Source of the DNA: a virus
Lineage: Duplodnaviria; Caudoviricetes
Length of the DNA: 56,272 nt
Direction: 5' to 3' (one strand)
Virus record (IMG/VR): IMGVR_UViG_3300037300_000108
Coordinates: 1 to 56,272 of that record
Shown here in pieces: positions 8,753 through 19,075 of the stretch. A program made the position numbers and the translations under genes. The first letter of the stretch is position 1. Every line of letters begins with the position of its first letter. The notes below the pieces were generated by a model. It made no database searches. It was not told the origin of the DNA and saw only the letters and a list, made by a program, of their open reading frames with translations.

Positions 8753-9661
8753 TTAAGCGCCTGGTGAACCGTAAACACCCAACGGATCGCTGACTCCAAA
8801 CGAATATCGTTCACGTGCCTTGTAGCGAACGTTGCCAGTGTCGAAATCACCGTCCATCGAGTTGCTCAATGGCGAACGCACAAAGTGCTTCAAACCGTTA
8901 GGCACATCGGTGCAGAGGAACCAGGCGTTCGTGTCTGTCAAGAAGTGATTAATAGCATAACCTTCAGGGATCGAGCCGTTGTTCTTCAGTGCATTCAGAT
9001 CATTGTCAGCAGTGCCGACTCGCAAGTTGGTTTCCAGCAAGCGCGTAGCAACGAATTGCAGGGCAGGCGGAACAATCAGCTTACGTGGCTTGGCAGCAAT
9101 CAGCAAACCGCGCTCATCGGTGTAGCCAGCGATTTGAATAACAGCGTTTTCCAACGATGTTTCGTTCAAGTCGGCTGCAACGCTAGGACGGTTACTGTTT
9201 GAGCCGCCAGAGATCAGCGGGTGGGCAGTTGAGAACAAAGAAACGCCATCACCGTAGGTAACACCGGCAGCAAAGCCAGTGTTCAGGATGTTGGCGGCCT
9301 TGACTTGCTTCGTGTAGGACATGGCGCGAGCCAGTGCCTTCGTGTAGCGAGCTGAAAGGCTGTCATACAAGTTATCTTCCACAGCTTCTTCGGTGATGGA
9401 AAAGCCCATCGCGATAGTTTCGTGGTTGTAACGAGCAGTCCATGCTTCTTGACCATTGTCATACTGGATTGCAGAACCCTCGTTCTTGACGGGAGCAGCG
9501 CTGAAACCAGAAAGTTTGGTTTCTTCTTCAAAACTACGCTCCGACGACTCGGTTTCGTAAATTTCTTTGTGCTCTTCGCTGTAACGAGCATACTCCAGAC
9601 CGAACAAAGCGTTCAAGCCGGGGAGCAGTTCTTTCAGTAGTTGTGCGCGTGAGATTGCCAT
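8753..9661 (-). CDS. Major capsid protein (Mu gpT-like, HK97 fold)
   Basis: MAISRAQLLKELLPGLNALFGLEY...KLIVPPALQFVA...DTNAWFL...RYKARERYSFG; strong RBS; followed by a terminator. Confidence 0.9.
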   Translation of the reverse strand: MAISRAQLLKELLPGLNALFGLEYARYSEEHKEIYETESSERSFEEETKLSGFSAAPVKNEGSAIQYDNGQEAWTARYNHETIAMGFSITEEAVEDNLYDSLSARYTKALARAMSYTKQVKAANILNTGFAAGVTYGDGVSLFSTAHPLISGGSNSNRPSVAADLNETSLENAVIQIAGYTDERGLLIAAKPRKLIVPPALQFVATRLLETNLRVGTADNDLNALKNNGSIPEGYAINHFLTDTNAWFLCTDVPNGLKHFVRSPLSNSMDGDFDTGNVRYKARERYSFGVSDPLGVYGSPGA

Positions 9662-9671
9662 GATTTACTCC

Positions 9672-10268
9672 TTAAACACCAGTGGTGTTGTTGTATTGGT
9701 GGGTATTGATTTTCACCAGCAACTCGACGAATACGCCGGAGGCAGTGGCAGTCTCAGGGACTACATCAATAACACGCAATGGGATGGTGGCAGTACTGCC
9801 AGCGCCTGTCAGCGTTACCGCAAAAGCAGAGTTGCCGGTAGCAGCGGAACCAGCGTTCAGCACCAATGCAACATTGGAGCCAACATCAGCGCGACTAGCG
9901 GTGCCCATTGTGGTGCCGCTTGTAACGACTGCCACTTTGAACAAGGCTTGTTGGTCATCAACAACATAGGCATAAGCCAAATTGTCAGAAGTAGAAGCCA
10001 AAGCAGGAATGTACTGAGCCTGAACCGTTTGACTGGAAGAGTTTACGTACTGACCGCCCACAACAACGCCGACGACATTGCCGGAATTGGTGGTAGTTGA
10101 TTTAACAAGAAAACCATCGCCACCGACAAGAACCGTATCGCCATTAAAAATGGCGGTGCCGAAACCTGCTGCAACGGGGATTTGACGAATAGCGCCTGCG
10201 TATGGCTTGCCATCAACGGAGTTGATAGGGATTAGACCGTACGGAGCGCTGACTGATGGATAAGCCAT
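9672..10268 (-). CDS. Capsid cement/decoration protein
   Basis: 198 aa immediately upstream of the capsid gene; APYGLIP...IFNGD. Confidence 0.65.
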   Translation of the reverse strand: MAYPSVSAPYGLIPINSVDGKPYAGAIRQIPVAAGFGTAIFNGDTVLVGGDGFLVKSTTTNSGNVVGVVVGGQYVNSSSQTVQAQYIPALASTSDNLAYAYVVDDQQALFKVAVVTSGTTMGTASRADVGSNVALVLNAGSAATGNSAFAVTLTGAGSTATIPLRVIDVVPETATASGVFVELLVKINTHQYNNTTGV

Positions 10269-10286
10269 TGTATTACTCCAAAAAAA

Positions 10287-10739
10287 TTAAGTACCTCGAC
10301 CGAAACTAACAGAAGACTTCCGATCTTTGAACATCGGCATCCTCGTGTCACTTTCACGCATGTAGTTGCTATCTACGGAGTTCATCTGCGACTCTGTTTG
10401 GTTATTAAAGTGCGCACTACGCTGCTCCACAAACTCAACTGGGGTTTTGCATAACAACAGACCGCCAACCTCAATTCCGCCGGGAAAGCTCTTATGACCA
10501 GGGCCAAACTGGCTGATTTCAGGGTGATCTGATGCCTTTACAGGCTCCCAACCTTCACGTAGTTTTCCGGAAACGTTACGAGGATCATCCTCGTTCAATG
10601 TGCTGATACGAATCCAGCGAAACGCATAACCCTCTTCCGGATTCGGATCGGGTAGAAGCTGCGCAGGCATCCAACGCTTTGGGCGCATGGAGACTTCGCG
10701 GTTTTCGGTATCACGCTTTGTACGATTTTGTTCACTCAT
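10287..10739 (-). CDS. Conserved head-module protein
   Basis: GYAFRWIR...KLREGWEPV...GGLLLCK. Confidence 0.65.
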   Translation of the reverse strand: MSEQNRTKRDTENREVSMRPKRWMPAQLLPDPNPEEGYAFRWIRISTLNEDDPRNVSGKLREGWEPVKASDHPEISQFGPGHKSFPGGIEVGGLLLCKTPVEFVEQRSAHFNNQTESQMNSVDSNYMRESDTRMPMFKDRKSSVSFGRGT

Positions 10740-10740
10740 T

Positions 10741-11727
10741 TTATTTCCTCATGTCTTCCGCTACCTTACGAGCATAGAGTTCCAAAGGAACACCAAGCCG
10801 CTTGGCGATTTCCACCTGCGATTTAGTAAGTACGACTTTTCTTGGCGCAGTACCTCTCGTTGCCGGTGCGACAACATTTGATGTTCTTGGCGAAGTAGGA
10901 GCATCCGCCAATTTCTCAGACTCAAAACGATCTGAGAAACGTTGACGCATTTCTGCGTCGATTCGTTCGTAGTATTTGTCACTAGAAGGATTAATTCGCT
11001 CTTCCTGCGTCAAATCTTCATGCAAAGCCAGTGCATAACTTGTCATGCGCCGGTCTTGCCCAAACCATTTGTTTCTACTTTGCCATTCTAAAGCCTTTTC
11101 GTCAACACTTTGTTTTGCTGGCTGTTGACGCAAACTCTCCGGCAACTGAACGGCACTGTCATCTGGCGCTGGCGCAGGCTTGAAATTACTAACTCGGTCG
11201 AGTTTCATTTTGACCGATGTCATTTCCTCTTGAGCGGCAACTAAAGCGTCAGAATCTCCTGATTCATAAGCCGCCTTGTACTTACTCTTGGCCTCACTCA
11301 TCTCATTGGCGACAACTTTCTTGGCCTGCTCAATAAGAGCAAGCTGCCCCTGAGACAAAGAGCCTTTGAGTTTTTTATTCTCTTCGGCCATTTGCTGAGC
11401 AAAACGCAAAGCCTCTTCTCGCAGACGCTCAGCAGATTCTTTAGCTCGCCGCTCTTCGTGATACCCCTTGGTAAAGTGCTGAATTCGCTTTCGTACGCCC
11501 TCGTCGTACTTGGCTAGTTCATCGTCACCCATATCCTTTGGAGCTTCGTCCATTGGCTTGCGGTTTCGATCTTGACTTGGAACGTCGTCAACAATTTCAA
11601 TCTCTGTTTCGTCAGATTCAATTGGTTTATCTTGGTCTTGAAGGTTTACAACTTTTCCACCGGCACGAGAATTTTTTTCCTCGTTTTCATGTGGAAACTC
11701 AAATTCAACTTTTTCAAAATCAGCCAT
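10741..11727 (-). CDS. Scaffolding protein
   Basis: Acidic coiled-coil protein ending LTKSQVEIAKRLGVPLELYA, between portal and capsid genes. Confidence 0.75.
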   Translation of the reverse strand: MADFEKVEFEFPHENEEKNSRAGGKVVNLQDQDKPIESDETEIEIVDDVPSQDRNRKPMDEAPKDMGDDELAKYDEGVRKRIQHFTKGYHEERRAKESAERLREEALRFAQQMAEENKKLKGSLSQGQLALIEQAKKVVANEMSEAKSKYKAAYESGDSDALVAAQEEMTSVKMKLDRVSNFKPAPAPDDSAVQLPESLRQQPAKQSVDEKALEWQSRNKWFGQDRRMTSYALALHEDLTQEERINPSSDKYYERIDAEMRQRFSDRFESEKLADAPTSPRTSNVVAPATRGTAPRKVVLTKSQVEIAKRLGVPLELYARKVAEDMRK

Positions 11728-11738
11728 AATTTTTCCCC

Positions 11739-12137
11739 TTAAACGCGACTAATGCCACGAGGATCTTCAACAACCGCCTCAACGCTGTCGTCGTTAATCA
11801 GGCGAAACTCTTTGCCGTGGATTTTAATACGTGTGCCAGTATTAGGCCGTACCATAATAAAATCTCCGGCCTTGCACGACGGGCCGGATGGGAATCTCTT
11901 CTCATCTCCGTAGGCATCTGGGCCAACCTTTACGACAAACAATACAGGAGACAACAATTCTTCAAAGTGAATAGTTGATCCAGTTTTTGCAATGCCATTT
12001 TCATATTTGTCCTCTGCATCCGGGAGGACGCAAAGTAAATGAAACGTAACAGGATTGGGTAGTTGCTTAGCCTTCTCGTCTTCAGTTTTATTTAGAATAC
12101 CCGATAGGTCTACCGCTTGAATATCAAATTTAGTCAT
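11739..12137 (-). CDS. groES: GroES-like co-chaperonin
   Basis: ...ENGI...VVKVGP...CKAGDFIMV...GTRIKIHGKEFRLINDDSVEAVV. Confidence 0.8.
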   Translation of the reverse strand: MTKFDIQAVDLSGILNKTEDEKAKQLPNPVTFHLLCVLPDAEDKYENGIAKTGSTIHFEELLSPVLFVVKVGPDAYGDEKRFPSGPSCKAGDFIMVRPNTGTRIKIHGKEFRLINDDSVEAVVEDPRGISRV

Positions 12138-12327
12138 CGTTGATTTCTTTCATTTTTCGCACGAGGTCGGCAATTTCAAGTTGTGCGGCTTGCAGGCCCC
12201 GGATTTGACCGCACACTTCTTTATAGGCGTCGTAGGTTGTAGCACTACCACGTCCTAAAAAATCAACGAGCTCCATCCGCCGCTCTTCTAGTTTGAAGTG
12301 CAGGTGGTCTAAGATTTGACTACTCAT
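12130..12327 (-). CDS. Hypothetical protein
   Basis: 65 aa, YKEVCGQIRGL, between portal and GroES genes. Confidence 0.65.
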   Translation of the reverse strand: MSSQILDHLHFKLEERRMELVDFLGRGSATTYDAYKEVCGQIRGLQAAQLEIADLVRKMKEINDD

Positions 12328-12347
12328 TCATGACCTTTACTATTTAG

Positions 12348-14795
12348 TTATTGGGAAGAAGGCTGATTAACAATCTTCATCAACTGAGCTTGGAGTTTGA
12401 TCGCATCGGACTCTTGTTGATGTTTAATTTTTAAGTCATGCTCTTGCTGCATAAATTCCAATTCCTGCCTGTGCTCTTGCGCAACCATTTCTGGTGTTTT
12501 ACCTGATTTCTGGGAAGACTCTTGCATTTTGATTTTTAATTCTTCCTGACGAATCTGCAAGTCACCCTGAACCTGCTGGGATTTAGTCTGAGCATCTTGT
12601 GCTTTGATCTCCAAGCCTTTCTGTTGGATCTGAACCAATGGGTCTTGCTGCGCTTGTTGTGCTTGTTTCTCTTGAGCCTGAGCTTTACCCTGAGCAAGAA
12701 CCTGCTGAGCGGCTTGCGCAACCATGCGGGACAATTGAACTTCCACTTCTTCTGGCAGATCTTTGTCCGGGGCTGGCATTGGAACACCAAGCTGTTCTTC
12801 GATCTTTTTGCGGTAAGCGTAAGCCAAGTGCTCTGCAATGTGAGCCTGGATCTCGGCGGTCATTTTCTGAGCTTGAGGATTCTGCCCAATCTGCGCCATC
12901 AAGGTAGGGTCTTGCATCATTGCTGAGTGAACGGCAATATGAGCATCGTGGTCTTGATAGATGAAGGCTTTTGTAGGCTTGCCATTTAGGAACGCCATAT
13001 TCTCGCTGATTGGATCTCTTGGTTTCATATCGTCATTAATTGGCACGAGTTTATCAGCGTTGCGTACACCCAACACTTCAATCATTTGACGGTGCAATTG
13101 CGGCAGGTCGTAGATTTGCGGGGCACTTTGCGATAACTGAATCACTGCCTGATACTGCATGATTCGCTGGGCCATTGTCGAGCTATTGGGGTCTGATACT
13201 GGAATTACTTCGCAGCAGTCATAGTCCTCTTGCTTTATCTGAGGAGTTCCATTGACGGGTACATATTCGTAAACAGTAGGAGTATTCTCCCGAATAATCT
13301 CTTTCAGAAGTTTGAATTCCTGCTTCATTGAGTAATGCACTCTGGCTTGTACGGCGCTCATTGTTTTAAGCTGACGCTCAAGCAATGCCAAAGTAGTTCC
13401 AACTGGAGCATTAGCGCCCATATCACTAATCTTCATGTCAGCAATTGAACCTAGTCGTCGACCTTCTTCGGTAATCTTATCTAGCAATATACTCAGAACT
13501 TGACTTGGTTCTTTGTATGGAAGAGGCATGATATTATCTCGCACGCTACCCGATGGAACGTCAACATCTCGCCATTCGCCCGGGGCAATAGGAGTATCGT
13601 CGCCTTTGATTCTAAGGCCGCGAGTTTTCAGTCCTCCTGGTAAGTTACTCAAAGTGCCGGCATCAACTAATTGGCGTATCAAAGAAGTGCCAGCACGAGC
13701 ATAGCCGCCAATCAAATGAATATAGCCAAAGCCATAAGCACCAAAGCCAGGTACATAATCATACTGAACAAAGTGCTGGCGCTTGAGCTTTTTCTCGTCT
13801 GGCTCATTCCAGTTACGGTAAATGGAAAGAACCTTATTAGTTCCACGATCTACTGTAATAATATAAGGCAGAGCAATACCATCCGGGTCTTCAAAACCGG
13901 GCATGTCATAGTCCACCTGAATTTCGCAAAGCTGGTGTCGATTATCGTCAGTTACTGAGTAACCCTGCTCTTCTGCCTTTTTCTTTTCCACGTCATTAAA
14001 CATCATGACGGGCTCCCCAAGATCAAAGTCGCAATAAAAACCTGCCACCTGAAGTTTTCGCACTTCGTTCTTGGTCTTTCGCATCATGTGAGTGACACGC
14101 TCTGCGCTACGAACATTGCTTGAGCCGTAAGGGATAACCAAGTCTTCCGCTGGAATAAACATAGCCACTTGACGGCCAAGGCTAGGATCGAAGTACACCT
14201 TCTTAAAAGCAGAGCCTGCCAGACCCAAGTTAAATAACATGCGCTCATGCTCAGGACGATACTCGACCATTTCCTCGGTGAGCTTAAAGTTCATGTCCTC
14301 TTTAACTCGTTCAGCGGCTTCTTCCTTGAGCTTATCAATGGCTCCAATGACCGAAGTCTTAACCGGGCCAGCGGCAGGAAACGTCTCAATAATGGTTTCA
14401 CTTTGAAATCGCACAGCGGCTTCTGTTAGAAGAGTACTGAATACCCCGCAGGCTCCAGACCAAGGCTCAGTTCTTTCCTCGTACTTCATGCCAAGAACTT
14501 CTAAGCCCTTGACGTACATCTCAATCCAGTCTTTACGGCTTGTGATGTCAGCGTCAACATCCTCGATTAGATTGGATCCAAGAGTGGCGAGTTCGCTGTC
14601 ATTCATATATTCAGCCAGGTTGGCGCTGAATTCCATTTCGTCCATTTCGTCTTCAGGCTCTAGGATAATTTCTACACCATCCATTCCAATGGCCATTCCT
14701 TCTGGATTGATAATTTCAATCTCTACGTCCGCTGACATATCCTCAAGTGAATTAAGTCCTTGTGGGGCTGCGTAAAGTGAGCGGTCGATGTCCAT
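12348..14795 (-). CDS. Portal protein
   Basis: 815 aa directly after TerL; GSAFKKVYFD, GFGAYGFG...LVDAGTLSNLPGG; Gln-rich helical C-terminus as in P22-like portals. Confidence 0.88.
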   Translation of the reverse strand: MDIDRSLYAAPQGLNSLEDMSADVEIEIINPEGMAIGMDGVEIILEPEDEMDEMEFSANLAEYMNDSELATLGSNLIEDVDADITSRKDWIEMYVKGLEVLGMKYEERTEPWSGACGVFSTLLTEAAVRFQSETIIETFPAAGPVKTSVIGAIDKLKEEAAERVKEDMNFKLTEEMVEYRPEHERMLFNLGLAGSAFKKVYFDPSLGRQVAMFIPAEDLVIPYGSSNVRSAERVTHMMRKTKNEVRKLQVAGFYCDFDLGEPVMMFNDVEKKKAEEQGYSVTDDNRHQLCEIQVDYDMPGFEDPDGIALPYIITVDRGTNKVLSIYRNWNEPDEKKLKRQHFVQYDYVPGFGAYGFGYIHLIGGYARAGTSLIRQLVDAGTLSNLPGGLKTRGLRIKGDDTPIAPGEWRDVDVPSGSVRDNIMPLPYKEPSQVLSILLDKITEEGRRLGSIADMKISDMGANAPVGTTLALLERQLKTMSAVQARVHYSMKQEFKLLKEIIRENTPTVYEYVPVNGTPQIKQEDYDCCEVIPVSDPNSSTMAQRIMQYQAVIQLSQSAPQIYDLPQLHRQMIEVLGVRNADKLVPINDDMKPRDPISENMAFLNGKPTKAFIYQDHDAHIAVHSAMMQDPTLMAQIGQNPQAQKMTAEIQAHIAEHLAYAYRKKIEEQLGVPMPAPDKDLPEEVEVQLSRMVAQAAQQVLAQGKAQAQEKQAQQAQQDPLVQIQQKGLEIKAQDAQTKSQQVQGDLQIRQEELKIKMQESSQKSGKTPEMVAQEHRQELEFMQQEHDLKIKHQQESDAIKLQAQLMKIVNQPSSQ

Positions 14796-14804
14796 ACTTG
14801 TACC

Positions 14805-17342
14805 TTAATAAAATGCGTGTTTGCGGCGAAAACTGATAGGTTCGTCGCGTTCGTCGGATTCTAGTCTTAAGAACCCACCTTGTCGAAACCGGGTAACAGC
14901 CATCACTGCTGTGTCAACCAAGTCATCGTGTGCTGCGTTAGGGAATGCTGCCATCTGGTCAATTACTTCATTCGCCCATCTCGTATCTGGAGCCCATACT
15001 TTTCCACCTTGGAAAATTGGCGCCACGGTATTGAGCCTTGCAATTTTATCGTTGGATTGCTGCCTAGTACCCCTGGTAGGCGTGTACCCGCGTACAAATA
15101 TATCAGACTGTTGGTTTAACTCTTGAATCAAAGAGGCTCCAGCCGCTTTGGCTTCCACGATACAGTCATCGGGCTTCCACTCCAAATAGTGCTGTCTGGC
15201 TTTTTCCTTCAACTCAGGAAACTCCATCCGCTTTTGAAAGGCGTCTAGCAAAATAATATTTGCGTCGTTTTCATCTTCATTCAAATAAAAAACCCCCCAC
15301 GTCGTGCAAGCCGAATAGTCGGAGCGCTCGTTCTTTGTAAACGCAGTATCCCACGACTGGATGATGAAATGACACTTTGGAGGATCTGGCCTATCCCAAG
15401 TCTTCCACCAATCCCTTTTAACAATAGCGCCTTCTTCGCCAGTTGGGCTTTGTTGATACTGCGCATTCCATTTACTCGCCGGAAGCTCTTCTTTCAGAGC
15501 CATTAGCTCTTCTGTAGACCAAAATTCAGGCCATAGGGAATTACCCGAAGGCAGGATAGCCGGTAGCTCTACAACGTCCCACTCGTCGGCTCTACCCCGT
15601 TCCTGTGAATCCCGAATCACCCTGCCAATAAGATCCGTCTCCGCCCAGCGTGTCGCGATTATGACTATCGCCCCGTTTGGCTGAAGTCGCTGACGAGGAC
15701 CTGATGTGTACCACTCATAAGCCTTATCGTAGATCTTGGGATCAAACGCGGCCATAGTGGCTTCACCCTCAGTGTGAGGGTCGTCAATAATGACAATATC
15801 CGCACCTCGACCCGTCATAGTTCCACCTACACCAATGGCGAAATACTCACCACTCTTATTAGTAGCCCAGCGACCCGCTGCCTTGGAGTCTTGCCGCAGC
15901 TTTACATCGGGGAACACCTCGGCGTACTGGTCACTCATTACCAAGTTACGAACCTTACGGCCAAAGCTGACAGCTAGCTCGCCAGTGTTAGACGCCTGCA
16001 TTACTTTCTTCTCAGGATACTTGCCAAGAAACCAAGCGGGAAACATAAAAGACCCAAATTCCGATTTGGTGTTATGAGTACAAATATAACCGTCTCCAGC
16101 CAAGAACAAACCATCTTCTCGGTCAACCTTGATACATTGCGTGTCGCCAGTTTCAATCAGCTTTTGAATTTGAATATAACGCCCAAACCGTCTTTCGTTT
16201 TTTAAAGTCCTGCATTCTTTTCTTGGCAGGGTAAAAACATTATTTGCATAAAAAGACAACTTCCAAGACGGGCCGTATGACTTATTTCCAATCTTTGCTT
16301 CTGATTCAAGAATGCTGGCTTTAATTCCAAGACTTCTTACAAGCTCAGCCGCTTGCTCAATAAATTTTTTGTTACTTTGGGCAAAAAAGCACTGCCCCTT
16401 CTTTGAGATGTTTCCATCTGTATCCATTAACCCCTTAAGCAAATCACGCCTTTGCTGCGAAGAAGCCTCAAGATAACTCCGAGGTATGTGCTTATCACAC
16501 AAAACTCCAAGATCTCGTAGCTGCACTTTTAACTTAAGCACACCAAAAGTAAATCTTGTCGCTTGGTCGGTAGTTGCATAGCCACGTTTTTCTATTTCTG
16601 CCCGCGTGTAAATTGCATCGTCGTCGTGACAGGTAATCACGCCATTGTTTTTTGAGCCATCTCCAAGCCAGACTCCAAGAACGTACGGGTCAATTGGTAA
16701 TTTTTTTTCTTTGTACTCAACAGCCAATACAGACGGAAGCATTGGAGCCCTAAAATCTGTACTCTTGCCTTTGAAAAACTTTTGCTTTCCTTTTGGCATT
16801 ACCCTAACTACCCATCCCTCTTGTCTTAGCCACAAGTCTTCGGTTGTGTAATCTCTCCAGTTTTTAACCTTTCGATCAAGCCGAACCGTCCAAAGATGCT
16901 CACCATCAACAACAAGTGAAGCGCCATCGTCTGTTGTTACTTTGTAAAGCTCTTGATCCTTAAAGACGGTTGATTTTCCAATAACCTTAACTGGCTTTCC
17001 ATTTGGGCCAAATACAAAGTCGCCTTCACGAATATCCGCCATTGTTACCATGCCACGCAAAGTGGGTATTTTCATACTTGTCATTATTGCATGACGCGGT
17101 GGCAAGGAGATAGCCAAGCGTTTTATTTTTCCACTGGCTACGTCCTCAAACTTCTTTGCCAAGACTGCATGATGCCGTCCATGAATAAACCCCGGCCACA
17201 TCTTTTTTACAAATGTCAAAAAGTTACCTTGGCACTTTTCCCTCTCTATCGCCTGCTTGTACTCATCCAACTGAGCCAATAGCCTAGTCTGGTCTCCCGC
17301 AGGAAGGGTCTCTAGTAACTGGCTTATCTTGTCAAACTTCAC
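14805..17342 (-). CDS. terL: Terminase large subunit (intein-containing)
   Basis: Walker A PPRH-[intein]-TKS, Walker B IIDDP, nuclease QSWDTA...SDYSA...HDDLVD. Confidence 0.95.
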   Translation of the reverse strand: MKFDKISQLLETLPAGDQTRLLAQLDEYKQAIEREKCQGNFLTFVKKMWPGFIHGRHHAVLAKKFEDVASGKIKRLAISLPPRHAIMTSMKIPTLRGMVTMADIREGDFVFGPNGKPVKVIGKSTVFKDQELYKVTTDDGASLVVDGEHLWTVRLDRKVKNWRDYTTEDLWLRQEGWVVRVMPKGKQKFFKGKSTDFRAPMLPSVLAVEYKEKKLPIDPYVLGVWLGDGSKNNGVITCHDDDAIYTRAEIEKRGYATTDQATRFTFGVLKLKVQLRDLGVLCDKHIPRSYLEASSQQRRDLLKGLMDTDGNISKKGQCFFAQSNKKFIEQAAELVRSLGIKASILESEAKIGNKSYGPSWKLSFYANNVFTLPRKECRTLKNERRFGRYIQIQKLIETGDTQCIKVDREDGLFLAGDGYICTHNTKSEFGSFMFPAWFLGKYPEKKVMQASNTGELAVSFGRKVRNLVMSDQYAEVFPDVKLRQDSKAAGRWATNKSGEYFAIGVGGTMTGRGADIVIIDDPHTEGEATMAAFDPKIYDKAYEWYTSGPRQRLQPNGAIVIIATRWAETDLIGRVIRDSQERGRADEWDVVELPAILPSGNSLWPEFWSTEELMALKEELPASKWNAQYQQSPTGEEGAIVKRDWWKTWDRPDPPKCHFIIQSWDTAFTKNERSDYSACTTWGVFYLNEDENDANIILLDAFQKRMEFPELKEKARQHYLEWKPDDCIVEAKAAGASLIQELNQQSDIFVRGYTPTRGTRQQSNDKIARLNTVAPIFQGGKVWAPDTRWANEVIDQMAAFPNAAHDDLVDTAVMAVTRFRQGGFLRLESDERDEPISFRRKHAFY
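16071..17090 (-). mobile_element. Intein (340 aa) with LAGLIDADG homing endonuclease, class-3 signature
   Basis: Begins AIMTSMKIPT, ends ICTHN followed by Thr; LGVWLGDG and LKGLMDTDG motifs; HLW, QCIKV and THN give the W-C-T triad. Confidence 0.9.
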
Positions 17343-17695
17343 TGCAAGTTCCTAAATTTCAAATATACAGGCCGCACAGTCCGCTTTCCAAACGCTAAGT
17401 ACTTTACCACTCCCAAAGCAACAAGCCGGTCCACGATACGCTTGGTGTTTCCTTTGCCCGCTCTCCCCCTCATGTGAGCAATATCTTCTAAAGACGGGGC
17501 ATAGCTGTACTTTTTCCAGAACTCATCTATGGCCAAAAAAACCTCACTTTGACTGGCGGTCATTGGTATCTCCTTACACTGCTCTTCTGATAGATCGCGA
17601 CTACTGGCAATCATTTTTCGATTGATTAAAACTATCCGGCCATTTTTATATTTTTCAGAATATTTCCACCGGGGGGTAGGCTTAGATTCGGACAT
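17339..17695 (-). CDS. LexA-like winged-HTH DNA-binding protein
   Basis: MTASQSEVFLAIDEFWKKYSYAPSLEDIA...VDRLVALG; start uncertain. Confidence 0.7.
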   Translation of the reverse strand: MSESKPTPRWKYSEKYKNGRIVLINRKMIASSRDLSEEQCKEIPMTASQSEVFLAIDEFWKKYSYAPSLEDIAHMRGRAGKGNTKRIVDRLVALGVVKYLAFGKRTVRPVYLKFRNLQ

Positions 17696-17706
17696 GGGGG
17701 GGGGTT

Positions 17707-18492
17707 CTATTTATCGAAGGAATATAGGGGGTCGTTTGAGTGAGATAGTATGATATATCCAGAGGGTACCTCGTCAGCCAGCTTGCCTCCTGCCCCTACT
17801 GTACCCCCCTCACCCCCCTTCAATTCATAGTTATCCACAGCAGGATCAGAGTTATCCACTGGCATTAATGCCACTCCGCCATCATTTACTGGCAGTTCTG
17901 CCACTCGATCACCTGGCACTGGCATTAATGCCACGTCATCCACGGCGTTTAGCTCGTCCAGCAAGCTGATCGCGTCTATGTCTTGGGCATTGTCACCGCC
18001 CAGCATGAGCGCTCGAATCTCATCCATCACTTTGGTGCGAGCATCCTCGCTGGACCGAATCGTCCGCACCTCTTTGCGCTCGGTGAAAGCTGCCACCTCG
18101 GTCACGGTGCCCAGCACTTTGACCGCCTGGACGCGCACTGCTGCTTTAGTATCAGGATCGAGCAGCGTTTGCACCAGGGTTTGTATCACTAAAGCTCTTA
18201 ATTGTGCTGGCGTTTGCATTGATTGCGCATACTCTGCCAGCTTCAGCGCCTCGATCTCTGCCTTGATTCGTGGGTTCCGCGCCAGCTCATACGGGTGGTG
18301 CACCAGTGAATGCTTACTTTTGACATCGTACGCGCTGCGATAAGCATCCGCCTTGGTCGCTCCCCTTGCTACTTCACGTGCAAATTTTTTTTGCTTGTAA
18401 GTTAGCTCTTTGGATGCGCCACGACCGAGCAAAGAGTCCAAGGGCATGGACTCGACTGCTTCGGCTAGTTTTGCCCTACTTAATTTAATCAT
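17707..18492 (-). CDS. terS: Terminase small subunit
   Basis: LTYKQKKFAREVARGATKADAYRSAY...LARNPRIKAEI HTH, upstream of terL. Confidence 0.8.
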   Translation of the reverse strand: MIKLSRAKLAEAVESMPLDSLLGRGASKELTYKQKKFAREVARGATKADAYRSAYDVKSKHSLVHHPYELARNPRIKAEIEALKLAEYAQSMQTPAQLRALVIQTLVQTLLDPDTKAAVRVQAVKVLGTVTEVAAFTERKEVRTIRSSEDARTKVMDEIRALMLGGDNAQDIDAISLLDELNAVDDVALMPVPGDRVAELPVNDGGVALMPVDNSDPAVDNYELKGGEGGTVGAGGKLADEVPSGYIILSHSNDPLYSFDK

Positions 18493-18768
18493 AGCTAACC
18501 CCTATTTGTTTGCGCTGCTTAATAGCCGAAGTGTATCGGAACATCTCTACATTTCCTACTTTGCTGTTTTTCGCTAGATTTTGGGAAACGGGATTGAGAG
18601 GATGGAGACACGGGAAGGATTTGCAATTGTCTTATCTATAGGTGCGGAGCAGCTGCAGGGCCGTTGCGCTTCGCGCCTAGAAGACCCCCCCGGCGCTGGC
18701 AATACTGCCACTGAAACCCGTTATAGTCTGCCACTATCATGCAGCCCATTGCAATACAAACAATTGTT

Positions 18769-18796
18769 TTGCAAGTATCTACAAAACCCCTAAGAT
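18769..18796 (+). promoter_or_regulatory. Putative early promoter
   Basis: TTGCAA-N16-TAAGAT upstream of the first plus-strand ORF, divergent from terS. Confidence 0.4.
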
Positions 18797-18827
18797 AACC
18801 CACATCAACAACCAATGGACACGCCGA

Positions 18828-19052
18828 ATGACAACAGACACCGTTTCGCACTACCAAACCACCCTCAAAGTTCACCCGCTCTTACCCGGCTACCGTGCTA
18901 TAAAAGGGTGGGAAACCGGGCCAGGAATAGTCGTTATTGATACGCATACGGCAACCGCTCAATCCGCCTGTATCCGCGCTTGCCGATTGTTCGCCGCTCT
19001 GGGCGCTACTGGCTGCATCATGTCTCACGATACCGCTGTTAAACCCCTTTAA
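18828..19052 (+). CDS. Hypothetical early protein
   Basis: ORF preceded by GGACACGC leader. Confidence 0.5.
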   Translation: MTTDTVSHYQTTLKVHPLLPGYRAIKGWETGPGIVVIDTHTATAQSACIRACRLFAALGATGCIMSHDTAVKPL

Positions 19053-19075
19053 ACCCTCGCCTAAGGACACGCAAA

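Noticed and set aside
17339-17695. LexA/CI repressor implying lysogeny
   Set aside because: HTH only, no peptidase domain, inside the terminase operon; no integrase found
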